Source of the DNA: Clostridia bacterium
Lineage (GTDB): Bacteria; Bacillota; Clostridia; Christensenellales; Aristaeellaceae
Direction: 5' to 3'
NCBI GenBank assembly: GCA_017428385.1
Contig: JAFRQX010000036.1
Coordinates: forward strand, 7,325 to 71,324
DNA: 64,000 nucleotides
Below are positions 46,986 through 56,086 of this stretch, in pieces. The notes beneath the pieces are model-generated. The model was given only the letters and a program-made list of their open reading frames with translations. It was not told the origin of the DNA and ran no database searches. Every line of letters starts with the position of its first letter. Position 1 is the stretch's first letter. A program made the position numbers and the translations under genes.

Positions 46986-47936
46986 ATGACATTTGAATCA
47001 GTGAGGAACAATCCGGAGCTCTGTGAACAGGTGAAGGACTACTGCCGGGAAAAGTGGGAGAAGGTCAGCGGCATCTTTGCCCAAACGGCGGACAGGAGCG
47101 TCAGCGCGGAACAGTTTCCGCAGACGTGGGTGATGCTGGTGACGAGTCCGGAAGGAACCAGGGTGAAGGGGTTTTACCAGCTGGAGGAAAAGGACAGGCT
47201 GACCATCCATACCGGACTGACGCCTTTCATCACCACGCTGTTTGTGGATCCCGGGATGCGCGGCGGAAAAGGTTTCGGGGAAATGATCCTGAACCACGCA
47301 CGGGGCGTGCTGGGAAGCATGGGATACGATACCGCCTACCTCTGCACGGACCACATCGGATACTATGAACAGTATGGCTTTGAAGAGATCGCGCTGGACA
47401 TCACCGACTACGGGCAGCCGACGAAGGTGTATGTGACGGACACGCTGGGCGAGAACCGGTATGAGGTCTTTGACCGGAAGCATCCGATGCCGGATCATAC
47501 GCGGCTGGCGGTTTACGGACTGCAGCACGAAATGCAGGATAACCCGGCCTTCCTGCTGTGGTTCCTGAAGAACGCGACGGTGACAGGACAGTATCCGAAG
47601 TTTTTTACGGTGACCGCTTTCCGAGAGGAACGGGTCGTCGGCGCGGTGAACGCGATGTGCAGCCCGGAGGATCCGCAGAGCTGGTACATCGGGGACCTGA
47701 TCGTGGCGGAAGACTGCCGCGGGCAGGGAATCGCGGATAAAATGATCCGCAAGGCGCTGACCCGGATCGGCCGGTGCGCCGCGGGCGGGGAAACGGTCTG
47801 CTCCTATATTGAGAAAGACAATGAGGCCTCCGGGAACCTGCACCGGAAGCTTGGATTTGAGGACACCGGAGAGCTGAAATCTTTCGGGGATTTATGCTTC
47901 AGGGAAAACATGACCACATGGATCAGGAAGATATAA
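46986..47936 (+). CDS. Tandem two-domain GNAT acetyltransferase
   Basis: LFVDPGMRGGKGFG and LIVAEDCRGQGIA motif A; NEASGNLHRKLGF; AAGGAG RBS. Confidence 0.9.
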   Translation: MTFESVRNNPELCEQVKDYCREKWEKVSGIFAQTADRSVSAEQFPQTWVMLVTSPEGTRVKGFYQLEEKDRLTIHTGLTPFITTLFVDPGMRGGKGFGEMILNHARGVLGSMGYDTAYLCTDHIGYYEQYGFEEIALDITDYGQPTKVYVTDTLGENRYEVFDRKHPMPDHTRLAVYGLQHEMQDNPAFLLWFLKNATVTGQYPKFFTVTAFREERVVGAVNAMCSPEDPQSWYIGDLIVAEDCRGQGIADKMIRKALTRIGRCAAGGETVCSYIEKDNEASGNLHRKLGFEDTGELKSFGDLCFRENMTTWIRKI

Positions 47937-48011
47937 CAGGAAAAAGAAGTGGGCTGCCTCTGAATGAGGCAGCCCGTTTTATGGATAGGATTGGAGATCC
48001 CTGTCAGTCAT

Positions 48012-48773
48012 TTACTTTTTGTCGTAGGTATAACGGATTCCGTTGTCCTTGCAGTACTTGTGCGCATAGGAACCAAAGGTGACCCTGCAGGTCAGGTTGT
48101 CGCAGTTGACGAACGCCATGTTTTCGATCTTCTTCACGGTGCTCGGGATGGTGAGGACAGTCATGCCGTTCTGTCCCTGGAAGGCAACACTGGCAATTTC
48201 CTTGATGCCGTGGGGAATGGTGTATTCGCCGTTAATGGTGCCGAAGGAGCTGACGATCCGCTTGGTTTTCTTTTCAATCAGCAGCTTGCCTTTGACCTCA
48301 TAGTAGTTATTGCCGCGGGAAATCTTGACATACTTCAGCTGATCGCAGTAATTGAATACACCGTCGCCAATCTTTCTCACGGTGCTGGGGATGGAGATGG
48401 ACCGCATATCAACATTGAGCATGAAGGCCTGACCCTTAATGGTTGTGACACCGTGAGGGATCGTAAGATCCTTCAGGCGGTAGCATCCGGCTATTGCACA
48501 GACACCCAGTTCTTTAACGGTGAAAGGGATAACAACTTTTTTCAGGTTTACACAGTTCCAGAACGCGTCTTCAGCAAGGGAAGTGATCCAGTATCCGTCG
48601 ATCTGCGCCGGGATGATGGCAGTCTCAATGTTCTCGTCCACACAGCGGAGCTCCGCGGTATGGGCGCTCTTTACCGTGTACGTATACGGGCTTTGTTCCT
48701 CCGCAGCGGCTCCGGCAAGGATTGTTCCGCAGGCGAGCAGCAGCGCCAGCAGCATGACCAGTAGTTTTTTCAT
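48012..48773 (-). CDS. Secreted leucine-rich repeat (BspA/TpLRR-type) protein
   Basis: Signal peptide; repeated L..l.IP.gv..I...aF..C units. Confidence 0.88.
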   Translation of the reverse strand: MKKLLVMLLALLLACGTILAGAAAEEQSPYTYTVKSAHTAELRCVDENIETAIIPAQIDGYWITSLAEDAFWNCVNLKKVVIPFTVKELGVCAIAGCYRLKDLTIPHGVTTIKGQAFMLNVDMRSISIPSTVRKIGDGVFNYCDQLKYVKISRGNNYYEVKGKLLIEKKTKRIVSSFGTINGEYTIPHGIKEIASVAFQGQNGMTVLTIPSTVKKIENMAFVNCDNLTCRVTFGSYAHKYCKDNGIRYTYDKK

Positions 48774-48824
48774 AACAATATCCCCCTTTTTTATTTTTGG
48801 CCAGCCTCACAGGACGGGCCTGTC

Positions 48825-48888
48825 TGTAAGCTGACTGTAACATGAGGCGTGTTACAGTGTATTCACAGCGGTGTAACGATGATGTAAA
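48825..48888. promoter_or_regulatory. Two OmpR/WalR-like direct-repeat boxes plus an 8-bp inverted repeat
   Basis: TGTAAG-N5-TGTAAC (48825), TGTAAC-N5-TGTAAA (48872), ctgtaaca-N7-tgttacag (48835-57). Confidence 0.5.
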
Positions 48889-49044
48889 CAATGCAAAAAG
48901 TATGCAAACAGAAAAGGAATTGCAAAATAGAAATAGAAAAAGGAAATGAAGTGCCCGGCGGCAGAGAATCGTGTATAATATAAAGCGAATGTGATACGGC
49001 ACGAATATAATCAGATGAATATAAATGCTGAAGGAGGAATAAAG

Positions 49045-50127
49045 ATGTCTTTTGATCCTGAAAGGTATACGCATGATTCCGACAGGTCAGCCCTGAAGGC
49101 TTTGCAGGCCATCCCGGGCTTTTCCCTGCTGACCAAGGGATTCATGAATCTATGGAATGAACCCCAGGAGAAGATCCTGAACATGTCCACCCGGATTAAG
49201 CTGGGGGACAACCAGATGAAGAAGTACTACGATATGCTGCCGCCGATCTGCGAGAAGCTGGGTATTCGGGTACCGGATCTGTACCTGGAACTGGATGTGA
49301 AGCCCAACGCGTACACATACGGCGATTCCAACCCCTTCATTGTGCTTACTTCCGGACTGCTGAAGGCACTGCCGGAAGACCTGATCCCGACGATCCTGGC
49401 CCATGAATGCGGGCATATTGCCTGCCATCACGCACTGTACAGGACCATGGGACGGCTGGTGCTCAGCGGAGCGTCCACGGCCATATCCTCGCTGGTGAAG
49501 CTGGGCGGACTTCTGACAGTACCGCTGCAGGTGGCTTTTTATTACTGGATGCGGTGCAGTGAGTTTTCCGCGGACCGGGCGGCGGTGCTCTGCGACGGAA
49601 CGGCAAGCAAAATGCAGGAGGTCTGCATGCGCCTGGCCGGCTGGGACAAGGACATCATGGCCGACGCGAATATCGACGCCTTCCTGCAGCAGGCGGCGGA
49701 CTACAAGGAAATGATTAACGATAACGCCTGGAACAAGACGCTGGAGTTTATGATCATGAGCCGGATCAGTCATCCGCTGACAGCGGTCCGGGCGGTGGAG
49801 TGCGGCGAGTGGGCAAAGAGTGACCTGTTCAACCGGATCCTGAACGGTATTCCGGATCCGGTCGAAGCAAAGCCCGCGGAGGAAGCACCGGTGAATGATG
49901 CGGCAGCCTCGCCTGCTGAACCGCAGAAGACGGAACCGTTTGATATCCTCGGACTGCTGGGCCTGAAGAAGCAGGATGAAGCCGAACCGGAGCAGCCGGC
50001 AGTACAGGCCGCTCCCGTGGAAACGGAAGCAGAGAAGGAACTGCGCTGGTACCGGAAGATGGCGGAGGAAGGCCTGATCACCTGGGATCAGTATGAACAG
50101 AAGAGAAAAGAACTGCTGGGTGAATAA
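49045..50127 (+). CDS. M48 family zinc metallopeptidase with C-terminal SHOCT-like domain
   Basis: PNAYTYG, LAHECGH, EFSADRAA, SHP; GLITWDQYEQKRKELL tail; AGGAGG RBS. Confidence 0.9.
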   Translation: MSFDPERYTHDSDRSALKALQAIPGFSLLTKGFMNLWNEPQEKILNMSTRIKLGDNQMKKYYDMLPPICEKLGIRVPDLYLELDVKPNAYTYGDSNPFIVLTSGLLKALPEDLIPTILAHECGHIACHHALYRTMGRLVLSGASTAISSLVKLGGLLTVPLQVAFYYWMRCSEFSADRAAVLCDGTASKMQEVCMRLAGWDKDIMADANIDAFLQQAADYKEMINDNAWNKTLEFMIMSRISHPLTAVRAVECGEWAKSDLFNRILNGIPDPVEAKPAEEAPVNDAAASPAEPQKTEPFDILGLLGLKKQDEAEPEQPAVQAAPVETEAEKELRWYRKMAEEGLITWDQYEQKRKELLGE

Positions 50128-50189
50128 TCCAATGGAATAAATTTAGCCGCCGGTTGAACGCCGGCGGCTGTTTCTGTGTCGGGATGATA

Positions 50190-50507
50190 TTACCGGGATA
50201 AGACAGGGGCGAGGCTGCCGGGAGCCCGCTCGGGAACGGCAGCCCGGAAGGACGCTTCAGGAGAATCCTCCCAGAGGGCCCGGCAGGCAAGCCCATCCCG
50301 GATCAGCAGGGTGATGACCTTTTCCAGATCTTTTTTCCGGATCAGAATACCAAATCGCTTCTCTTCTGAAGGCATATGGAAGCTGTTGGCAAAGAAGACA
50401 TCGTAGAAAGGCATTTTGAAAGGAATGTGTTCGTCCCTCAGGATCTCCCGGATGCGGAAGATGTCAGCCGTTTTCCATTCGGGGCCTAAAGATGTCCAAC
50501 GTTTCAT
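50190..50507 (-). CDS. Hypothetical protein
   Basis: AGGAGG RBS; 105-aa ORF at the end of the minus-strand operon. Confidence 0.65.
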   Translation of the reverse strand: MKRWTSLGPEWKTADIFRIREILRDEHIPFKMPFYDVFFANSFHMPSEEKRFGILIRKKDLEKVITLLIRDGLACRALWEDSPEASFRAAVPERAPGSLAPVLSR

Positions 50508-50545
50508 GATGATCCCTCCTTTGTGCGGGATTATCGTAACAGGTT

Positions 50546-51310
50546 TCAGGAAATGTTTCTTGTCATTTCTTGTGGACTTTTGTCGGCTGATTTAATGAAC
50601 ACCAGATGATTGAAGAAGGCGATCTTCCGGTATTCGTCCATGGAGGCGGCTTTTGTTTCCAGGTCAAGCATGGACTGATACCATTCATCGGTAAACTTGA
50701 TCTCGCTGTTGGAAGACAGCCCGTAGAATGCACGGATTCCGAAGACGTCCCGAAGCATCATCTGATCCGCCAGGAAATCTGTGATGTATTCGTTCGTGTA
50801 GACGTCCCGGCTTCCAAACATGCTGTCTTCCGCCTGATCCCCGGTGAGCAGGTCCAGGGCAGCCTTCGGGTTATCATTCAGTACCGCATAAGCCATGGCC
50901 CGGCCCAGGTCGTTATGCTTCACAACCGACAGGATTCCGCCGGGTTTCAGGATCCTTTCCAGCTGCTTCAGGACAGCATCCATGTCATCCACATACTCCA
51001 GCACATTGTGGCAGATGACAACGTCACAGGTGTTGTCAGCGACCGCGGATAAATATTCGGCACCCTGCGGAACCAGGGTATAGTCATGATTCGTGACTCG
51101 CAGGCGGGTCATTTCCTCATTGGGCTCCACGGCTGTGACATCGTGGTGTTCCGCGTAGTGATCCGCTGTCAGGCAGAAACCCGCGCCGAAGTCCAGGATC
51201 TTCATCCTCCTGTCGCATGAAAGATTCAACTGCCTGAAAATCAGGTCATAGAACATTCTCCCCCAGGGCTGATCCACAACGTTTCTGTAATTCTGAATCG
51301 GATTGGTCAT
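50546..51310 (-). CDS. Class I SAM-dependent methyltransferase
   Basis: ILDFGAGFC motif I; DVVICHNVLEYV; LKPGG. Confidence 0.9.
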   Translation of the reverse strand: MTNPIQNYRNVVDQPWGRMFYDLIFRQLNLSCDRRMKILDFGAGFCLTADHYAEHHDVTAVEPNEEMTRLRVTNHDYTLVPQGAEYLSAVADNTCDVVICHNVLEYVDDMDAVLKQLERILKPGGILSVVKHNDLGRAMAYAVLNDNPKAALDLLTGDQAEDSMFGSRDVYTNEYITDFLADQMMLRDVFGIRAFYGLSSNSEIKFTDEWYQSMLDLETKAASMDEYRKIAFFNHLVFIKSADKSPQEMTRNIS

Positions 51311-51330
51311 ATGAATACCTCAAAATACCA

Positions 51331-52089
51331 TTATTGTTTCTGCGCGATGATCCGGTACCAGTCGATTTTCTCAAAATCCGTTTCGGGGAAATTGCAGGGA
51401 ACCGGACGCAGGGTGACTGAACCGTAACCCAGCTCGGCCAGCTTCTTCTCAATGATGGCCAGGGGAAAGGGATTGTAATGCTCCTCAAAGATTTCCTTCT
51501 GCACAATCTTATTCTCCTGCTCGAAGGTGTACAGCAGGTTGAAGGTGATGGAGCCGTCCGGATTGTGATCCCAGACCTGGACCAGATTGACCCTGGTTCC
51601 GTCATGAAAGAAGGGATTGTACAGATAGAACCGCTGCTTTTCCCGCTGGATCTTTTCCCAGTTCCGTGAATCGAAACAGAGGTATCCGCCGGGCTTTACG
51701 TGGGCGTCCATGGCTTCAAGGGCTTTCAGGACGTCTTCGTTGGACACATAGCCAAGGGCGTTTCCTGTGCTGGCGACGCAGTCAAAAGTTCTGCCTTCCC
51801 AGGGAGAAAGATCCCTGAAATCGCTGCACTTCAGCTCAATAGGCTTTTGCTTTGCGGCGGCCTTTTTTTCACACCGGGACAGCATGGCTTCGCTCAGGTC
51901 GGAACCGCATATCTCAATGCCGAGTTCCAGCAGAGGCAGGGTCATGCTGCCTGTGCCGATGCTGACGTCGAGCAGGGTATGAATGGGCCTGCCGCCCAGG
52001 AATTCCTTCCAGTCATTCCGGATGATTTCAGCCCGCTTTTCGTTTTCGATCAGGTCATAGATATCCGCCCGATCATAAAGTTGACTCAT
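51331..52089 (-). CDS. Class I SAM-dependent methyltransferase
   Basis: LLDVSIGTG, GSDLSEAML, VKPGGYL. Confidence 0.9.
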   Translation of the reverse strand: MSQLYDRADIYDLIENEKRAEIIRNDWKEFLGGRPIHTLLDVSIGTGSMTLPLLELGIEICGSDLSEAMLSRCEKKAAAKQKPIELKCSDFRDLSPWEGRTFDCVASTGNALGYVSNEDVLKALEAMDAHVKPGGYLCFDSRNWEKIQREKQRFYLYNPFFHDGTRVNLVQVWDHNPDGSITFNLLYTFEQENKIVQKEIFEEHYNPFPLAIIEKKLAELGYGSVTLRPVPCNFPETDFEKIDWYRIIAQKQ

Positions 52090-52123
52090 GGGGATTTATC
52101 CTCCAAAGCATTTGTCAGGATAA

Positions 52124-52756
52124 TCAGAACAGCCCGTTTTTGGTCGGTTTTCCGTGACCGTAGTAAACCGTCCGGTCACCCAGCGCCCGGATCTTTTCGG
52201 CGCTCCGCTCCAGGGCGTCCCGATCATAGAAGAGGTGTCCCACTCCGGGACGGATCCAGTTATCCAGGGCATCGCCGACGAGCAGGTGCTTCTCCTCCAC
52301 ATCCACGCCGACGGAACCCAGGGTGTGGCCGGGAAGCTCGATCACTTTTGCGTCAAAGCCATAAGCGCTCAGGTCATCTCCGTCCGTGACGAAGATCAGG
52401 TTATCCGGCTTCTCTACGGGGGTGTTTCTCAGCACCTTGAGGGACATGCCAAGGACCACACTCCCGACCAGGCCGGAAGACTTCAAGGGCTGTTTGTCAA
52501 AGCTTTCAAAAAGCTCCTCATCCTTCGGGTGGACGGCTACTGGGACACCGTACTTTCTGGACAGTTCCGCCGCGTTTTCCGCATGGTCAAAATGAACATG
52601 CGTCAGCACGATCAGTTTCATTTCATACTTGTCGCATTCCGCAACAACCTGATCCAGACACTGTTTGCTGGCGGTATCCACGAGGATGGCTTTGGTGCCG
52701 TCTGTAATCAGGTAGCAGTTATCTGTGCCGCCTTTGATACGTTTGATCTCAGTCAT
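52124..52756 (-). CDS. Metallo-beta-lactamase-fold hydrolase
   Basis: THVHFDH, PGHTLGS, GDAL, YGHG metal ligands. Confidence 0.92.
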   Translation of the reverse strand: MTEIKRIKGGTDNCYLITDGTKAILVDTASKQCLDQVVAECDKYEMKLIVLTHVHFDHAENAAELSRKYGVPVAVHPKDEELFESFDKQPLKSSGLVGSVVLGMSLKVLRNTPVEKPDNLIFVTDGDDLSAYGFDAKVIELPGHTLGSVGVDVEEKHLLVGDALDNWIRPGVGHLFYDRDALERSAEKIRALGDRTVYYGHGKPTKNGLF

Positions 52757-53028
52757 ATGGTTTACTCCAATGAAATATTATTTTTACAGCCGCTTTCCGG
52801 CATCTGAAGAAGATGGTATGAAGTGATTTGGTGGGTTTGCAGATGAACGTTTTCGATTGTACCATATATGCGGTGGAAGCAAAAGAAGAATACCATTACT
52901 TCTCATATTCATGATATGATTATAGCGGAACAGGACTGCGGATACATGTTTATGGAGAGAACGAAATGTGAATCTTTCCTGAAATAGTTGTAAAGAGCTG
53001 AACAATTTGTTCGGAAAGGAAATAACCA

Positions 53029-53778
53029 ATGAGGGATCTGTATATCCGGAGCATGGGCCTGCTGGAACCGCTACCCCGGGAAAGCTACCTGGCGAAGCTG
53101 CCGGTGGTGAAATACCTGGCGGACAACGGGATCACATTCCATAAGCAGGTGACCTTCTTTGTAGGGGAGAACGGTTCCGGGAAATCCACACTGATTGAGG
53201 CACTGGCCATATCACAGGGCTTCAATCCGGAAGGCGGAACAAAGAACTTCAGTTTCTCCACGGAGAACTCCCATTCGGAACTGTGTGATTACCTGCGGGT
53301 GGCACGGGGATTCCTTTATCCGCGGGATGGTTTTTTTCTGCGGGCGGAGAGCTTCTATAACGTGGCGTCCAACATTGACCAGATGGACCGGGAAGGCGGA
53401 TGCGGGGCTCCGGTGATTGCCAGTTACGGCGGCGTATCCCTGCACAAGCAGTCCCATGGAGAAAGCTTCCTGGCCCTGGTGGAGAACCGGTTCGGCGGCC
53501 AGGGCCTGTATATCCTGGATGAGCCGGAGGCGGCCATGTCGCCCCGGGGAATTATCCGGCTGATGCAGAACATGGATGAGCTGGTCCGGAAGGATTCCCA
53601 GTTTATTATCGCGACCCATTCCCCGATGCTGATGGCATTCCCGGACGCGGAGGTCTACCAGATCAAAGAAGACGGGATTGACAGCGTACGCTTCCAGGAC
53701 ACGGATCACTACAGGACAGCGGTCCGGTTCCTGCAGAACCCGGAAAGCGCAGTAGACGAAATCCTGGGAAGGGAATAG
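53029..53778 (+). CDS. Standalone ABC/AAA-type ATPase (COG3910-like)
   Basis: GENGSGKST, SHGESF, ILDEPE, IATHSP. Confidence 0.9.
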   Translation: MRDLYIRSMGLLEPLPRESYLAKLPVVKYLADNGITFHKQVTFFVGENGSGKSTLIEALAISQGFNPEGGTKNFSFSTENSHSELCDYLRVARGFLYPRDGFFLRAESFYNVASNIDQMDREGGCGAPVIASYGGVSLHKQSHGESFLALVENRFGGQGLYILDEPEAAMSPRGIIRLMQNMDELVRKDSQFIIATHSPMLMAFPDAEVYQIKEDGIDSVRFQDTDHYRTAVRFLQNPESAVDEILGRE

Positions 53779-53789
53779 AGACAGGTAGG

Positions 53790-54210
53790 AGGCGGTGTCA
53801 TCGCTTTGCGATGACAAATGCTGTGATCGCTGTATTCCGCAATCTCAATGGTCGCAACTCCACACTGTGGAGTTTGCTCCCTTTCGATTGACCTTAGACC
53901 CGATGAGATTTCCGCCACTGGCGGTCATCGGTTCTTCGCCCAAAGCCGCTGTGCGCCTTTGACAGCTGTAGCATGGGAGTTGTTACCCAAATCATAGATT
54001 TGGACAACTCCTCAACAATTAAGAATGAAGAATGCAGAATGATCCGCTGCGGCGGGAATGACAACGTGGGCGCTGCGAGTTATTCAATGCGCTTTGGGTG
54101 TCATCTTGAGCAAGTGAGCGTAGCGAACGCGTCGAAAGATCTCCCAGCCCGTTTGCAATCGGGAACGCAATCTGAACATCAGAGTGATGAGTGAAGAGAG
54201 AAGAGCGTGC
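53790..54210. repeat. Mosaic intergenic repeat
   Basis: Reverse copy of the GATCCTTCGAC..GCTCAGGATGAC module at 54100-54142, GTCAT..ATGAC hairpin near 53797, GAGTGAA heptamers. Confidence 0.65.
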
Positions 54211-54265
54211 CGCTGCACGGAAGGTAAATAAAAAAGTACACCTATCAAGATTGATGGAGAGAAAA

Positions 54266-54458
54266 ATGGATATCAGGCAACAGGACTATGATGAATATAA
54301 ATGGCCGTGCATGAGACCCAGAGTTTTATTACAAGGCAATATCCTTTTATAAGAAGAACGGTTTCCAGGTCATCGGTTTTGACAGATATGCCTACTCAAA
54401 CCATGACCCGGAGAAAAATAATATGCGGATTGAAATGGGCAAAATGCTGGACCGGTAA
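54266..54458 (+). pseudogene. Degraded GNAT (streptothricin-acetyltransferase-like) remnant
   Basis: Fragments in three frames: MDIRQQDYDEYK / VHETQS / YYKAISFYKKNGFQVIGFDRYAYSN..MRIEMGK-stop; central domain missing. Confidence 0.7.
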
Positions 54459-54501
54459 ACCGGATGAGACCGGCATTGAAAAATATACAGGAGGAAGAAA
54501 T

Positions 54502-55299
54502 ATGCAGATTGGAAGCTCCAATAATACCGAAGCGGTGAAGGAACAGTATAAAACATCCAATGGACTGGATACCAGGATTTCGTTCCATGACAAGTATTCA
54601 ACCAACAAACTTGGATATGGAAACTGGATTGTTTCAAATTACCAGATCAGCGCAGGAATGAAGGTCCTGGAACTGGGATGCGGTACGGGAAGCCTGTGGA
54701 TCGGAAGGGATGAACTGATCAGTCAGTTTGGAAAACTTGTGCTCACGGACTTTTCGGAGGGAATGCTCGAAACTGCGAGGAAGAACCTGGGAGAAAAGGA
54801 TCAGATTGAGTATCAGGTGGCGGATATCCAGGACCTGCCGTTTGAGGACAACACCTTTGACGTGGTGATTGCCAATTCCATGCTTTATCATGTTCCCGAC
54901 ATCAATAAAGGAATCGGCGAAGTCAGAAGAGTACTGAAGGACGACGGAACGTTCTATTGCGCGACCCTGGGAGAGAATAACTTTGTTGAGCAGCTTGCCG
55001 AATGGTTTAAGCTCAGCGGGGAGAACTTCAATCCCAACCATAATTTCACGATGCAGAATGGAGCACAGAAATTAAAGACTGCTTTTTCAGAGGTTGAGGC
55101 ACGGATCTATAAGGATTCCCTTCACATAACGGATATTGACGATCTTGTAAGCTATCTGACCAGTCTGGCTTCGCTCAAGGCTTTGAATGACGTTCCGGTG
55201 GAACGGCTGAAGGAAATCATAGCGGGGCATGCCGTAAACGGTGTAGTGGACCTGCCCAAAGAGTACGGAATGTTTATTGCCCGGGGATATGCGGGATAA
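54502..55299 (+). CDS. Class I SAM-dependent methyltransferase
   Basis: VLELGCGTG, TDFSEGML, FDVVIANSMLYHV; AGGAGG RBS before ATG 54502. Confidence 0.92.
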   Translation: MQIGSSNNTEAVKEQYKTSNGLDTRISFHDKYSTNKLGYGNWIVSNYQISAGMKVLELGCGTGSLWIGRDELISQFGKLVLTDFSEGMLETARKNLGEKDQIEYQVADIQDLPFEDNTFDVVIANSMLYHVPDINKGIGEVRRVLKDDGTFYCATLGENNFVEQLAEWFKLSGENFNPNHNFTMQNGAQKLKTAFSEVEARIYKDSLHITDIDDLVSYLTSLASLKALNDVPVERLKEIIAGHAVNGVVDLPKEYGMFIARGYAG

Positions 55300-55336
55300 T
55301 ATGGGGAGGGGGGGAACACCCCCGACAGGCCCGCAT

Positions 55337-55374
55337 AAAAAAAGAATCCGAACCTTTTATGGGTTCGGATTTTC
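55337..55374. terminator. Bidirectional terminator
   Basis: aaagaatccgaacc/ggttcggattttc stem. Confidence 0.75.
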
Positions 55375-55520
55375 TGTTTGCCTCATTTGACAGCCCACCA
55401 GGCTGATATTTGGCCCATTGAAAACTGCAACAATGAATGCCTGCGGGCACTATGAGTTGAGCATCGATCATCAATGTGTCCGGGAATCCGGGCATATATC
55501 AGGATGAAGCTGCTGTGCGT

Positions 55521-56075
55521 TTAGTGGGGATTGGTGAAGAAGTTGATGATGCTGTCTATACCCTGAAGGGCATTTGCGTCGTCTGCGGCAGGTGTTACAT
55601 TGGTGTTGTGACTGGAAACCAGGTCGTGAATGGATTGACAGTTCATATGGTGTAAAAGGATACGGGCTGTGCTGTATGCCTTTTCCATACGGCCGTCCCC
55701 GCCGCCAACCAGGATCACAGCGCCTTTTTTTTCTTTAGGGATGGGCTCTTCTTTCCGAAAGAACGCGGCGCAGTAATAGGTCTGGAGCCTGCTTCCCAGA
55801 TCCAGCAGTTTGCCGGTCAGCTCTGAAAAATACACCGGGGAAGCGATCAGGATGTTGTCGCATTCCTGGATGTAGGCATAGATCTCCTGCATCTCATCGG
55901 CGATGGCGCAGCCGGGGTGCTCCCAGCAGTACCGGCAGTCAACGCAGGGAGAAACATCGCAGTGATAGGCGTTTACGATTTTATATTCTCCAGGCAGTTT
56001 CTTCGTCAGCTCTTTGATCAGGCTGACGGTGTCGCCGTTTGCCCTGGGAGAACCGTTCAGTATCAGTGTTTTCAT
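55521..56075 (-). CDS. Flavodoxin-fold NADPH-dependent FMN reductase / iron-sulfur flavoprotein
   Basis: NGSPRANGDT, CVDCRYC..C, IASPVYF. Confidence 0.9.
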   Translation of the reverse strand: MKTLILNGSPRANGDTVSLIKELTKKLPGEYKIVNAYHCDVSPCVDCRYCWEHPGCAIADEMQEIYAYIQECDNILIASPVYFSELTGKLLDLGSRLQTYYCAAFFRKEEPIPKEKKGAVILVGGGDGRMEKAYSTARILLHHMNCQSIHDLVSSHNTNVTPAADDANALQGIDSIINFFTNPH

Positions 56076-56086
56076 TGTGCTCCTGC

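Noticed and set aside
52790-53020. Fourth leader attenuator upstream of the ATPase or MBL operon
   Set aside because: Short ORFs exist but lack a good RBS, and there is no T-tailed terminator before either gene.
54301-54501. Long N-terminal extension of the methyltransferase
   Set aside because: Belongs to the GNAT pseudogene; strong AGGAGG precedes ATG 54502.
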